The position numbers and the translations under genes were made by a program. From Zootoca vivipara (taxonomy: Eukaryota), in NCBI RefSeq assembly GCF_963506605.1, contig NC_083288.1, positions 38,750,001 to 38,814,000 on the forward strand: 64,000 nucleotides of DNA, written 5' to 3'. A model generated the notes under the pieces. It did no database searches, was not told the origin of the DNA, and worked only from the letters and a program-made list of their open reading frames with translations. Positions 34,539 through 53,450 of this stretch are shown here, piece after piece (the stretch's first letter is position 1; each line of letters begins with the position of its first letter).

Positions 34539-36214
34539 TAACAAACAGGGTATACAGAAGCTCAAATAAAACTATTATTTTGGTATCTCTGGCGATCCTT
34601 CACATTTGTGTTCCTTTTCCATGGTTTAGATGGAATAGAATGGTTTTGTTCAAAATTGTTTTAATACCTCTTGTCAGTTGTTTCGAGTTAATGTGTTTTG
34701 TAACAGAGTAGTGCTTAATTTCCATGAAAACATTATTTTGGTGCAAAAATATTGCAATTAATTTATTTTAAATGAATTTGCTGTAATACAAAAAAGAGAG
34801 TCAGAATATGGTTTAATTCTGCAAATACCCTTTATTGATGAGCCCAGACCCCTGTGACTTTAGTAATATAATGTTAGTTACCATCTGCTATGATAAAAAT
34901 TGTTTGAAAAATTAGAGCAGTTACAATAGTATTTCAGCATTCCTCCCTCAGTTTTTACAATTTCATGTATGCTTCATAAATTTCCCCATCAAACCCAAAA
35001 CCCTTCTGAAAACTATTGACTTTTAACCTTTCCACTTGTCTGAAAACCCAATAAAACCCCTTTTGAGGAGAAATTTTCAGTGCTTAAGTCTTTGATCATG
35101 TTCTGAATGTTTTCTTTGAAGTCAGTTTAGGCTGCTTTGATGTTCAATGCCCATATTCATGGCCTCACTTGCAGGTATCTGCCATTTAGGCTGTCAGATA
35201 AACAATGCTAGCCTCTAATGGTTTTATTTTTGCATCCCATTTAGAAGCAAATCCTCATGCGTTTTAGCTATGCTTTGATTAATTTTGGTCAGGAGGTCTT
35301 ATTCTTCTTTGGTTAGTTTTAAGGCTTTTGGAACCAAGCTGGGACCTATAGTTTCTTTTTCAGTTAAGGTATCCTTTACCCTCATTCTCTGATAGTGGAG
35401 TCCTTTCTTGTTCAGAGCCAAAATTTGATCAGCAAAGATCACAAGCATTCCTTGTGATCTTTGCTGATCAAGTTTTGAGGAGGATTGCTGTTTACATTGT
35501 ACCTCTATGTCCAAGGGACAGAACTCCCATCTTTGCCTGCCATCTTTGTCAGTGGCATCACACCCACCAATCTTCTTCCATACCGGTAGTTAAGGAGACC
35601 CAGGGAATAATTATGCTGCAGAACCGGAAATACAAAGATCAGTGGATTTTTAAAACCCCCATAAATGCTGCTAATACCTAATAAATATTAAAATACGGAC
35701 TCCTGGGAGGAAAATATTGGATGGTAGAGATCACAGTGTCTTTGCTGAAGGAAGCAGCTGTCCAAGCTGGTTAGTCCAGGACTCTACTGGGAAAATATAG
35801 TCTGAGACAGCCTAATATTGCCACTGGCAGTAGCCCCAGCAAAATCACCTACCCTCTGCTCACTTGGTTGCTTGCCTCTTATTTGTTTCATCTTGCCATG
35901 ACTTGGGACGTTTTCATTGGCTTGAGTTTTATCACCCGGCATTACTTGGCATTGCCTACCCTTCATCCCACAGTCTTGCTGGACCTCTTCTTGCCTGGGG
36001 TAAATTTTGAGAATAATCCGTAATGAGATGTCAAATGTGAGGAAGGTAACAGACAAGGCGAATGTCTGAGCAAGGCTCCTGTCATGTGCGGAAATGTAAA
36101 TCCACTAAAACGTTGGTCTGCCTTTAGTGTGTATCTGTGTTGCAAAGTTGGGCAACCTATGTCCCTGAACATGATGTTGGACTCCCAACTGCCATTAGCT
36201 CTTGCCAGCAAGGC

Positions 36215-36344
36215 CAGTTGGTAGAGTAGGAGACTTTTAATCTCAGGGTTGTGGGTTTGAGCCCCATGTTGGGCGAAAAGATTCCTCCATCGTAGGGGGT
36301 TACACTAGATGACGCCTGTGGTCCCTTCCAATTACAATTCTATG
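36215..36344 (+). mobile_element. tRNA-Lys-derived SINE with CR1-type tail
   Basis: CAGTTGGTAGAG..GAGACTTTTAATCTCAGGGTTGTGGGTTTGAGCCCCATGTTGGGCG resembles tRNA-Lys(CTT) and is followed by ACTAGATGAC..GTGGTCCCTTCCAA..ATTCTATG. Confidence 0.75.
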
Positions 36345-37303
36345 TACTGTAGACCAACACCAGTGCAGGGCAACAGGTTCCCTCTTCCTGTTCTGTTGAG
36401 CCCTTTTAAAAGCCGTGGAGTGTGTTTTCCAGCTTGCATTTCCTTCTGCCTTGCTTGCTGTTAGTACATACCTTTGTGGTGCTTCTGTTTCTAGCCCCCA
36501 CCTTTAATTTGCTGTCCCCCATTTGGCAAGTGCCTACTTGGTTTTGCCCATCTCACTGGGTGGAGGGATCTGCAGATGCAACACATTGTCTCCCATGGAG
36601 AAGTTTTCCCTTCCTACCTGAGCTTCTAGTTTTGTAGCCCTGGAGAGTCTCTGTGAAGGAAGGGCGTTTTTTTGGTTGTTGCTAATGTACTATTTGCATG
36701 GCTCCTAATGATTTATAATTACCTTCTTTGAGGGGAAACCTAATACAGTAAGCTCCCATGCTGGCCTCTGTGTCTTGTTCAGTGCCATTGGAGGGATGCA
36801 TGTTTGAGCCTGCTGGTCCTTCAGAAAGGAGGGGGTAGCATTGCTAGGGGTTTTTAGTCAGGCTGTGTACTCCCCTGACCCACGTGGGGTTCAATGCTTA
36901 CACACGCTTAGCTGGGAGGAAGTCCTATTGAACCCAGGGGAGAGAGGCCTACTTCTGCGTAGACAAGAACAGGATTGCCCTCTTTACCATCGTTTGCTTT
37001 GTTCAGAAGTAAATGTGAAGTTTTCTGCAGCTAGTACAGAGAATTGTGATTTGTCATCTGCGCAGGAGGTTTTGACAATCTGGGTGTGGTGTTACACATT
37101 CCAGGTTAATCTGGATTAAAGTAGCATTTGGCTTTAAAAGGCAGAACTATATCTGAGGACCATAGGAATGCAGACATTTTAATTCTGGTTTTCTTTCTTT
37201 TCTGAAGCAGAGAAGTGAAGAATGAAGACCCTGTGGGCTGTTCTGGGGCGGCCACCTTCCTGATGCCAGGAAGGGGTGGGGTGTCTCCCTTCTTAGACAG
37301 GCC

Positions 37304-45046
<7,743 letters not shown>

Positions 45047-45867
45047 GATCTGAGCAGAGGCTAAAGGAAAAGGCAGCACCCCGAGGAGCCCAAGCAAAAG
45101 AGGTTGCTGGTGTTGTTGTTGTTGTTTTTAAAAAAACTCTACCGAAGTCACCAATACCACTCCAAGTTTCTCCTGTGGTACTGTTTATTCTCCACTTTCC
45201 CATCAAACCAGCCTTCTGTGCCTGTTGCCTCCTCCTCCCTTGATCACTCTCTAAGCCACAGGCTTTGCTGCTTTGAAAAGTGCCTGGGTGCCTATCTGTG
45301 CCACCTGGCCCAGCCAGCATGCTGCCTGCTCTGGCACCACGCGAATCCCCTTTTGCTTGGCTCTTTGGCTCGCAAGCGGAAGGGGAAGAATGTTTGTGGT
45401 GCCCCAGAGTTGCCCGTCCTCTGCCCTCTTCCTCCTGCGCCCAGTGCCCAGCGCCATTGTGCCATCTGCGAGAGACTTAGGTGAGCAAGGGATGGGCCTA
45501 GCCAAGTGAGGGCCTAGTTGCCTTTTCTGGAGCGGCCATCGCCATCAAACCAAATAGGAATGCAGAACCGATGTTCCTGTTGGACGGGAAGGAGAAAGAA
45601 AAAAGGGACTGTGTGAAAGAATCAGCAGGAGCAGGTTTTTGTTATGGCACAGCAGATGATGTGGCAGAAGAGACAATGTAGCAGTAGGCTAGGCAATGGG
45701 GACGTGTCCACCTGTTTAAGCACAGACAGTGGATGGGTGGCTGGGAATCCTGAGAGAATGCCTTTGCGTCTCTGGATCAAGGCCTCTGGGTGTTCCTAGC
45801 TTGCATCAACTGTTCTGTTAGGAATGATGTGTTTTTGGTTTTCATTTTTTTATTAATCTATATTTCT

Positions 45868-45898
45868 AATAAACTTTGTCTCTTGGGGGGAGAATAAA
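45868..45898 (+). terminator. Tandem poly(A) signals of PRR14
   Basis: AATAAA at 45868 and 45893, about 820 nt after the stop codon and downstream of a U-rich tract. Confidence 0.65.
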
Positions 45899-47340
45899 AC
45901 CACATATTGCCGGTTGCTCCTTAACTGGCCTTGGTGGGACTCTGAATGCAGCTTTAAGGGAGACCGCAATAGATAATTTTGCCTTGGAACAAGGGCATAG
46001 CAACCAGAAAATGAAAATCCATAGCAAGCGATGGATCATATATCATTGCCACACTAAATTAATTTCCCCAGCCAATGTTGCCTCCTATCAGGAATGGTGG
46101 TAGATGCATTGGCTGTGGCAAAAAGCAAAATTGCTGTGATGCGGAATCAAATGGCAAGAAAGAAGTCGAGTGAACTGCACCCGGTTGTACTACAATTGTA
46201 CATGTATGAGAGACTACAACAAATAACAAATATGTGGATTTGTGTAGCCTCTGGTGCAAATTCAGTAGCTGTGCCCAGTTTAAAATCTGTTTTGAGGTGA
46301 TACGTTCACCTTCAAAGCTACCATAGTCTAGAGTTGACATTGGTTAAATTCACTCCGTCATTCGTTACAGGAAAAGACAAGTGTGTCTGATTGATTCCTT
46401 ATTGTTAGTATTGTAACAGTAATATCTCATTTTATCAAATTAACAGGTTTTGCGTGGGAGTGGAGACATTTCCATCCTATTCACTCTCACAGGCCTTTCT
46501 TTGGTCAGTTTGTCTACTGGAAAATGCCTTTTCTTGTAAGTTAACTGCTTAGGATTTATTGAGCAGCTTTTATCCTAGTACAGTAGGCTCTGGTCAAAGT
46601 TTGCAAGACTCTGAAGCCCTGACAAAAGTTCTGCTGCTCCACACGTGCATCAGGAGAAAGGTCCCCCTGTCTATAGTTATGTAAACTGCTTAGAGATTTT
46701 GATGCTATATAAAACTGGTTAAATAAACATGGTACACCTTCCCTCCATACGGTTGTGGATGAAACAAACTCTTCAAGGCTTAGGTTTGGCTACGTTCATT
46801 CTGTACTTTTGCTTCTGTTCAGTATTTTTTTATTACCTTGCTACGTTGCTAAAGTACGAACAGCTGAGGTCCACTCTTCACAACCTCAGCTGCATAATGA
46901 CAGGAAGAGGTGGAGATGGGTGGGGTAAACACTGCCCAACCTTTGCCAAGCCTGCATGTTGTGGGCTGAGACTGGTTGTTTTGGGATGCCACCAACCTGA
47001 AGAGGATGGCACCACTCTTGGGTGCCTACCTGGTTCCACCATTAAGGTGCTTTCCTTTCCCAATCACCAGTCTGGGTAGGAGCTGGAGATAGTGTAGTGC
47101 ACATCATTAGCCTCATAATCCACTTCAGGCTACTTGCCCAAAGTGGGGTCATCTGACAGGCCTTGCCGTCAGGTGCATTGCTGGGTGGGGATGGTTGCAT
47201 TTTTCGCTAACCTTGCTCTAGTGTGTATCTCAGACTTGTCTTCCTCTCAGTCCTGCCTGCTTTTAATAATTTACAGGTTTAAATATTGCACAGTAAACAA
47301 AGGACCTGGGGTGTGAACATACCTATAAAAAAAGCACACA

Positions 47341-47407
47341 ATAGAATCATAGAGTTGGAAGAGACCACAAGGGCCATCCAGTCCAACCCCCTGCCAAGCA
47401 GGAAACA
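47341..47407 (-). mobile_element. CR1 3' tail fragment
   Basis: Reverse complement of 19737-19803. Confidence 0.85.
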
Positions 47408-47644
47408 ATACTTATGCCAACATCTGGATGGTGATACACAATAAATTATTGGCTGAACAACGCATTGGAAAAGCAAGCAGAAGAGGCTTAAGCAGGCATC
47501 TGAAACAAAGTACTTGTGTTCGCTTCATGGTAATAGGGAGTTACAGAACCTAGGTGCAGAAGACACATTAAATGCCCTCTTGTAGAAGCAGCAAGGTAAG
47601 CAGAATGTGGCACCCTTAGTAGTCCCAGCTGCTGGACCAAACCC

Positions 47645-48665
47645 AATCAAAAGCCTCGCCTAGGATGCATCACTGTATTGTATAATGTTGAGCTTACAAA
47701 TATATGGCACACAGTGGCCAAGCTATCCCAATCCAGGAATTGTCCTCTCAGGCAAAGGTTTATAGAAGGAGCTCCTGGCCATTGAGACCACACGGATCCA
47801 GGAGCACCTTCAAGATGCAAACCACCCAAGGGAGTGTGACCTATCTGGAACAGATAATTTGCCTCCTGGACATGGGAACCGCTCAACCACAGTCCTTGGT
47901 CTTACTGGGATTCATTCAGTCCACTGGTCCAGGGTGTGTACAGCCTAACCTGAATCAGAGGTATAAGAGAAGTAGAGCGGAAAGTTGGCATACTGATGAC
48001 ATCCTGTCCCAAAATTCCTAGCAACTTTATACGTATGGTAAAAAGACATTGGTGATAAAGTGGTGCCTTGTGGTGCACCATAATGTAAAACCACCGTGGC
48101 ACCAATGAGTATCTTTTCAACTGCTACTCTCTGGACCTAAACCTGCAGATAGGATCAGAATCACTGCAGTGCAGTGCCTCCAATACCCAGCTCACAAGAG
48201 TTGGTCCAGGAGAATGCCATGGTCAATGATATAAAAAGCCACCAAGAGCTTGAGAAGGAGAATGGTTATACTCCCTGTGCCTTGCTCTCAGTAGAAGTCC
48301 TCCATCGGGGCCACAAAGGCTGATTCAGTCTCATAATGGGAGACTGAATTCCTCTTATGAGAGCGAATTCCATAACTATGTGCTGAGTGACTTTCCTTTT
48401 GTCTGTCATCATTATTTTGGTGACTTTGTTGATTGCTTTATCTTGCCCAGGGCAACTCAAAGCAACTTACCAAACAGACAGAAGACCCCATACATACTTT
48501 AAAACCAAGAGGAAAAGGGAATACTGTACATTAAAAACATCCCATCCACTTCTAAAAGGCCACAAATAGTTAAAAGGCCAAAGGCCTGGTTATAGAGGAA
48601 AGTTTTTCCTGTTGCCTGAAGATAAGTAATGAAGGTGTCAAGCAAGCCTCCCTGGGGAGAGCATT
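47645..48665 (-). mobile_element. Decayed L2-like LINE fragments
   Basis: RT-region remnants (ATGGTCAATGATATAAAAAGCC, ACCAAGGACTG) and a 3' fragment ending at GAGAGCATTCCACA. Boundaries approximate. Confidence 0.5.
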
Positions 48666-48679
48666 CCACACAGGCGGCC

Positions 48680-49520
48680 TTCCCATAGGGGCTAGTGGCT
48701 CATTGCGCCAGGGCGCCGGCCTCTCAGGGGTGCCCCAGCATTGGCGGGGTGCAACGATCCACTGAACCCTATGGCTCCTCCTCCTCCACCTCCTCTCCCT
48801 TGGCCGTGGGAATCCCTTGCGCCTCACGCGTAGTGGCCCGAAGGTCCCGAGAGGTGCTTCTCCCGCTCCCTCCCTCCCAGGCAGGGCTATGGCAGTTGGC
48901 TATGGGGAGGCGGTCCCGGAGGAGCCGGGCAGCTTGTTGAGAGCCGCCCCTCTTCGTCAGCCCGTCTGCCAGCCAGCCAGCGCAGCTTCCCTTTTTTTTC
49001 TGTGGGGCGTGCTCGGAGTGCCTGACAGCCATTGCCTACTCTGCCGACTTCCTCACTTTGGCTCCCCATGGCCGGCCATGGGGGGGTTTCCTCTCACGCC
49101 AACGCCGCCACACGTCTCCCTTCCAGGGAGTTAGCTATTCCGCATGTATCCCCCACCTGCATTGCTCCCTCTCCCTCTCCCTCAGTTCTCCCTCCCTCCC
49201 CCCCTCTCTCTCACACACTGCCACAATCCCTTCACGTGTCTCAAAACCCTGACGTCCCCACGTGCTTGCTCCTCTACCTTGCGCTCCTTCCACTGCACTT
49301 TGGAGAGTGACCTGCAATAACAACAACACACACACAATGTGTGCGCGAGCATGTGCCCCGCCACCCCAGCTTTACCTGGAACAGAGGCGTGTGCCCCATG
49401 GCCTGTTACGGGGTGGCCCCGGCCGGGCTGGGTCCCCGCAAAAGCCCCAGAGCCAGCGGGGGTTGGGGTTGGGGTAGGGGTGCCGGAGGGATCCTTGCAC
49501 CATGGCGCCAGAGAAGATTA
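48680..49520. promoter_or_regulatory. Orphan CpG-rich segment between PRR14 and FBRS
   Basis: High GC and CpG content, no recognisable repeat termini, no convincing ORF. Confidence 0.5.
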
Positions 49521-50125
49521 AGACGACCCTGATTCCACAAACGGGAAACCACTGTTTGCCACCCTCTGGACCTCTTGTGCAGGAGACAGACAAATAAGGG
49601 CTTCAGTGACTGCTGGGTCTGAGAAGAAAGTTGTACTATTCAGTTTCTTTGGATATCCACAAGTTCTAGTAATGGGGAGAGGAATGCCTGCAGTTGTTAT
49701 GCTACAACCTTCTCTAGGCACCATACTAATAATACCCAACTGGTTGGTAGTTACTCTGCGTCAGAGGGTCCAGGGTGCCCCTGCCTTGTTGAGAACAGTG
49801 GAGACCACCCTCTTACACAGAGATGCATTAACTACATTCTGAACCTGCCCACTCACATATTTTCTGCTAGTTTTTATTAGCAAATGAGGGCAAGGAGCAA
49901 GAGAGCACATACAGTAGTTAGACACATTGCTGCAAGCCCCCTGCCCACATCATCAGGCCACATCAGCTGAAATTGATTCCACAACATCAGTTTAGACATG
50001 CATGGCATTGGGCACCTCAACAGACTGCAACAACGAAGTCCTTCCAGAGTTAAGCGACTTTGTCTTCAAGGTATAAAGCAAAAGGAACACAAAGACTTAG
50101 GTTATCTAAACACAGGTATGCATGT

Positions 50126-50430
50126 CAGAGGCGTAGCAAGCCCAGGTGGTACCCAGTGCGATTTTTTTTGTCACCCCCCCCAAACACGGCTCTGGCTCTG
50201 GTAAAAAGTGAAAAACATGAATTGCAAAAAAAAACCCTAGAGCTTACAGAACAAAAGTGACTTCAGATATGAAATCAGCATTGAAAGAACATATAAGAAC
50301 AGTTGAAAAATCTCATGAAACAGAAAATAAAAATAAAAAATGTTCCCCAGTGGGGGGCGCCAAGTGTCACCCCCCTCCAGGGTGGCACCCGGGGTGGCCT
50401 GCCCCCATCGCCCCCCTTGCTACGCCACTG
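50126..50430. mobile_element. Non-autonomous hAT MITE
   Basis: TIR CAGAGGCGTAGCAAG / CTTGCTACGCCACTG and 8-bp TSD ATGCATGT/ATGCATCT. Confidence 0.85.
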
Positions 50431-51119
50431 ATGCATCTAGAATAATAGAAGGGACCTCAAAACACATTTAGTCAGCTGATATACAAAATCTGCTGCGACT
50501 GCTCCATCCACTGTGGTCAAAACAGCTCATACCATCAATAAGTTCTTTATAATGTTTAATTGAAATCCCCTTTCTTGTAATTGAAGCTGTTAGTTTGGAT
50601 CTACCCTGAATGACAGGAAAAGAATTTGCACTATGTAAAAGTAATTAACAAATTCAAAAGTTGCTGCTCTATTTCTTCTTAAACTAACTTTCCTCTGCAT
50701 ACCTACCCATTTTTCTAATTGGACTTGATCTCCTTCCCCCTCACTGTACTGGAGGTCTTCTGAGCAAGCTCGTTTTTCATTAAACTCTAAATCAGGTTGC
50801 TGATAATGCCCCCCCCCTTATTTCTAATTCTCTACAACCACAGTGCAATATAAACTTATGGCAAAGTTAACAACAATGCAGAAGGATTGATCATATCTGA
50901 TCAATAGTTTCAGCTACTTTCATTACAAGTGGATGAATTTTTTTTCTCAAACAAATGCTGTTGAGATTCAGTGCAGGGCTATTGCAAGTGGAAGAAGTCC
51001 AGGTCTCAAGATTCCATGGCTGAGAAATGCCCCTGCAAAAAAATCCCAGAGCAGTTTTGCCAGCCAAGGCAGGCAGTCCTCTACTGAATGAAGGGTTCAA
51101 AAGTACTACACTACTTTAT

Positions 51120-51910
51120 ACGGGAGCGTGGGACGTAAGAGTTCCATTGCGTGATCACATGGTAGTGTTGTGACGTTATCAAGTTATCCTTCGTCCTCAG
51201 CGGGCTGCTACAGCAGAGGCGAGTGGTGCTGAGCCCTATGACATCACGCGCTGGCGTTATAACATCACCTTGCGAGGTTGCTGCGAAGAAAGTATGACAT
51301 CATTGCATCACGTTTGGCTTCGTGGAACCATGACGTCACCCTGCGGAGGACGGAAGTGACTCTAAAGGCGGGGGTGTTGTTTAAGGGAACACCCTCCACC
51401 TCGAACAGTCTCCAAGGCGGGTGGGTGGATGGCGGGAATGAAGGCTAACCGAAGGGACTATTTCCTTTTCTTTTTCCAGCGGAGGAATTTTTTAATGGTT
51501 CCATCAGCGCGAGGAGCGGAGGGATATGACGCTGTGGGAGGAGTTGCGTGCCGTGCGCAGAGACGAAGGGGATCCGGCAGAGGCTGCTAGAGGGAGAGGG
51601 AGAGTCGGGGGCAGCGGCGGAGACGGAGCAGGGAGGGGGCAAAGGACGGCGAGCCGAAGGGGCCCCCCACCCAGGCGCGAGGGGGACGGGAGCGCAACGT
51701 GAGCCCGCCTGCCGGCCTCCCTCCCTGCGGCCGGACCCTGCCAGCCACCCAGCCAGCCACCCCTCCCCCATCCTTACTCACCTCACCGCTTCGGCCAATC
51801 AGCTGTGGGGGGGCCGCGACGATAGCGGAGGGTACCAGCCTCGCAGCCAATCAGCGTCAGGGGCTCGCGGGGCCGCTTGCCGCGAGCCTGGACGAAGGCG
51901 AAAAGGTGGG
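51120..51910 (+). promoter_or_regulatory. FBRS CpG-island promoter with CRE/ATF cluster, ETS site and CCAAT boxes
   Basis: TGACGTCA 51331, TGACATCA 51239 and 51295, TGACGTTA 51171, CGGAAGTGAC 51351, CCAAT 51795 and 51847. Confidence 0.75.
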
Positions 51911-53450
51911 GTGAGTTGAAAAGCACCCTCAACGGCCGGCGCTCTTAAAGGTACAGCTTGGGGGGGCCCGCGAGAAGAGGGGGCACTTTCAGCCGGAGGA
52001 CAACAACCCCCCCAACCGTCAGCTCCTGTCAATGGATTTAAAGGGAGCTCGGCCCTCTTAAAGGGGAGTTCTTCTCGGGCCCTCATTGTGGCTAAGAGGG
52101 AGGGGTGGCCCTTAAAGGTGAAATTTGGGTTTCTCCGGAGGACCTTGAACGCTGGGTCCTTAAAGGGCCGTGCAAGCTGACAAGGAGGAAAAAGAAATGT
52201 TTGGAGGGCTTTTAATTCCGGTTGCTGAGAGAGTCGATGTCTGACAAGGGAGAACTTTAAATCCACATTCTTAAAGGGGAGGCCATGCTTTGGCAGGAAA
52301 TGTGTGGCGGACTCAAAATCGAACACTCTTAAAGGGGAAATCGAGACCCTTAAAGGCAAGGTCACACCCTGTGGGAGGAATCCGGGAGGCCTCTTCTTCA
52401 CGGACGGTGGTTCGCGAGGAGGAGGAAGAAAGTGTTGCTTCCCGGGAAAGCAGAAGAGGAAGAAGAGATGGCCCCGCGGAGCCGCTTCCCGAGCGGGGAG
52501 CCCTCGGCCGAGCGGAGGAAGTGAGTTGCCCTCTGGGCGGAAGCCGCTTGCCATTGTTGGCAGGAGCCACCTCCGCAGTTTAAAGGGGGCTGGCAGTTCC
52601 GTCGGGGGGCGAACCCCGAATTCCCCTGAGGGAAAGTCGAAAGTGACAGTTTCGTGGTTCATCTTCGAAAAAAACCACACAGATAGGCACTTAAAGCAAA
52701 GGCTTCCTTCAACCTGCAAGAAAGTTGCCATGCGCTGGGGTTTGTTTTAAAATTGGATTTAACAAACAAACAAACAAATATATATATATATTTAAAGGCA
52801 CACTGTGTCGCAGTTGGAGGGATGTAAAACCCTTGTCCAAGGCGAGGGTGTTTTGACAGATTTCCTTCCCCACCCAAACAGGAGGCTCCATGTTAGAGAG
52901 AGATCTCTGTGCGCCGGCAGGGGCTGATTTTGTGTAAAGGAGGAAAACGTTAGTGGGTCACCTTCCACTTTTTAGAGTTCTATGTTGAAAGTATTTAATT
53001 CCTTTTAATTTAATGGTCTTGCCTTTAAGACAAAGACCAAAAACAAACAGAAAAAAACAGAAGCTGCCATCCCTGTCACTTGAGAGGGAATTAAACTTGA
53101 ATGAAAGGAGAGTTGCTTTGACTTTCCCAGAGCAAAGAGGATCCTCTTGTGTTGAGTAGGCTCTCTAAATGTAAATCAAGGAAAGGTTGCTGACAACTGT
53201 AAGGTGTAAAAGCCCAGGATTTTTTTGTTTTGGCGACAAAATACAAAACCCCCTTTTTTAGGGAAAAGAAGAGGGGAGCCTTGTTCTTGCTTTTCCAAGT
53301 GGCATCTGCGGAAGAACAAGGGCTCAGTTGAGAGCAGCTGCAATGCAACTGGCTGGGGAAGGGTGAAGAGTGCCCCCCCCACCTCCTTGCGTGTCTGCAG
53401 TATCCACAGGACACAACACGACACATTCTCTGTACCTCAAGGGGGGAACC

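Noticed and set aside
36215-36277. tRNA-Lys gene
   Set aside because: 5' acceptor stem missing, B box mutated, fused to a CR1-type tail; it is a SINE.
51799-52731. 310-aa antisense ORF with recurring PFK tripeptides
   Set aside because: The tripeptides are the translation of the CCTTTAAG motif array; no coding evidence.
51945-52798. CRISPR-like or telomere-like repeat-spacer array
   Set aside because: Vertebrate DNA, repeat only 7-9 bp, irregular spacing, and the motif is not TTAGGG.
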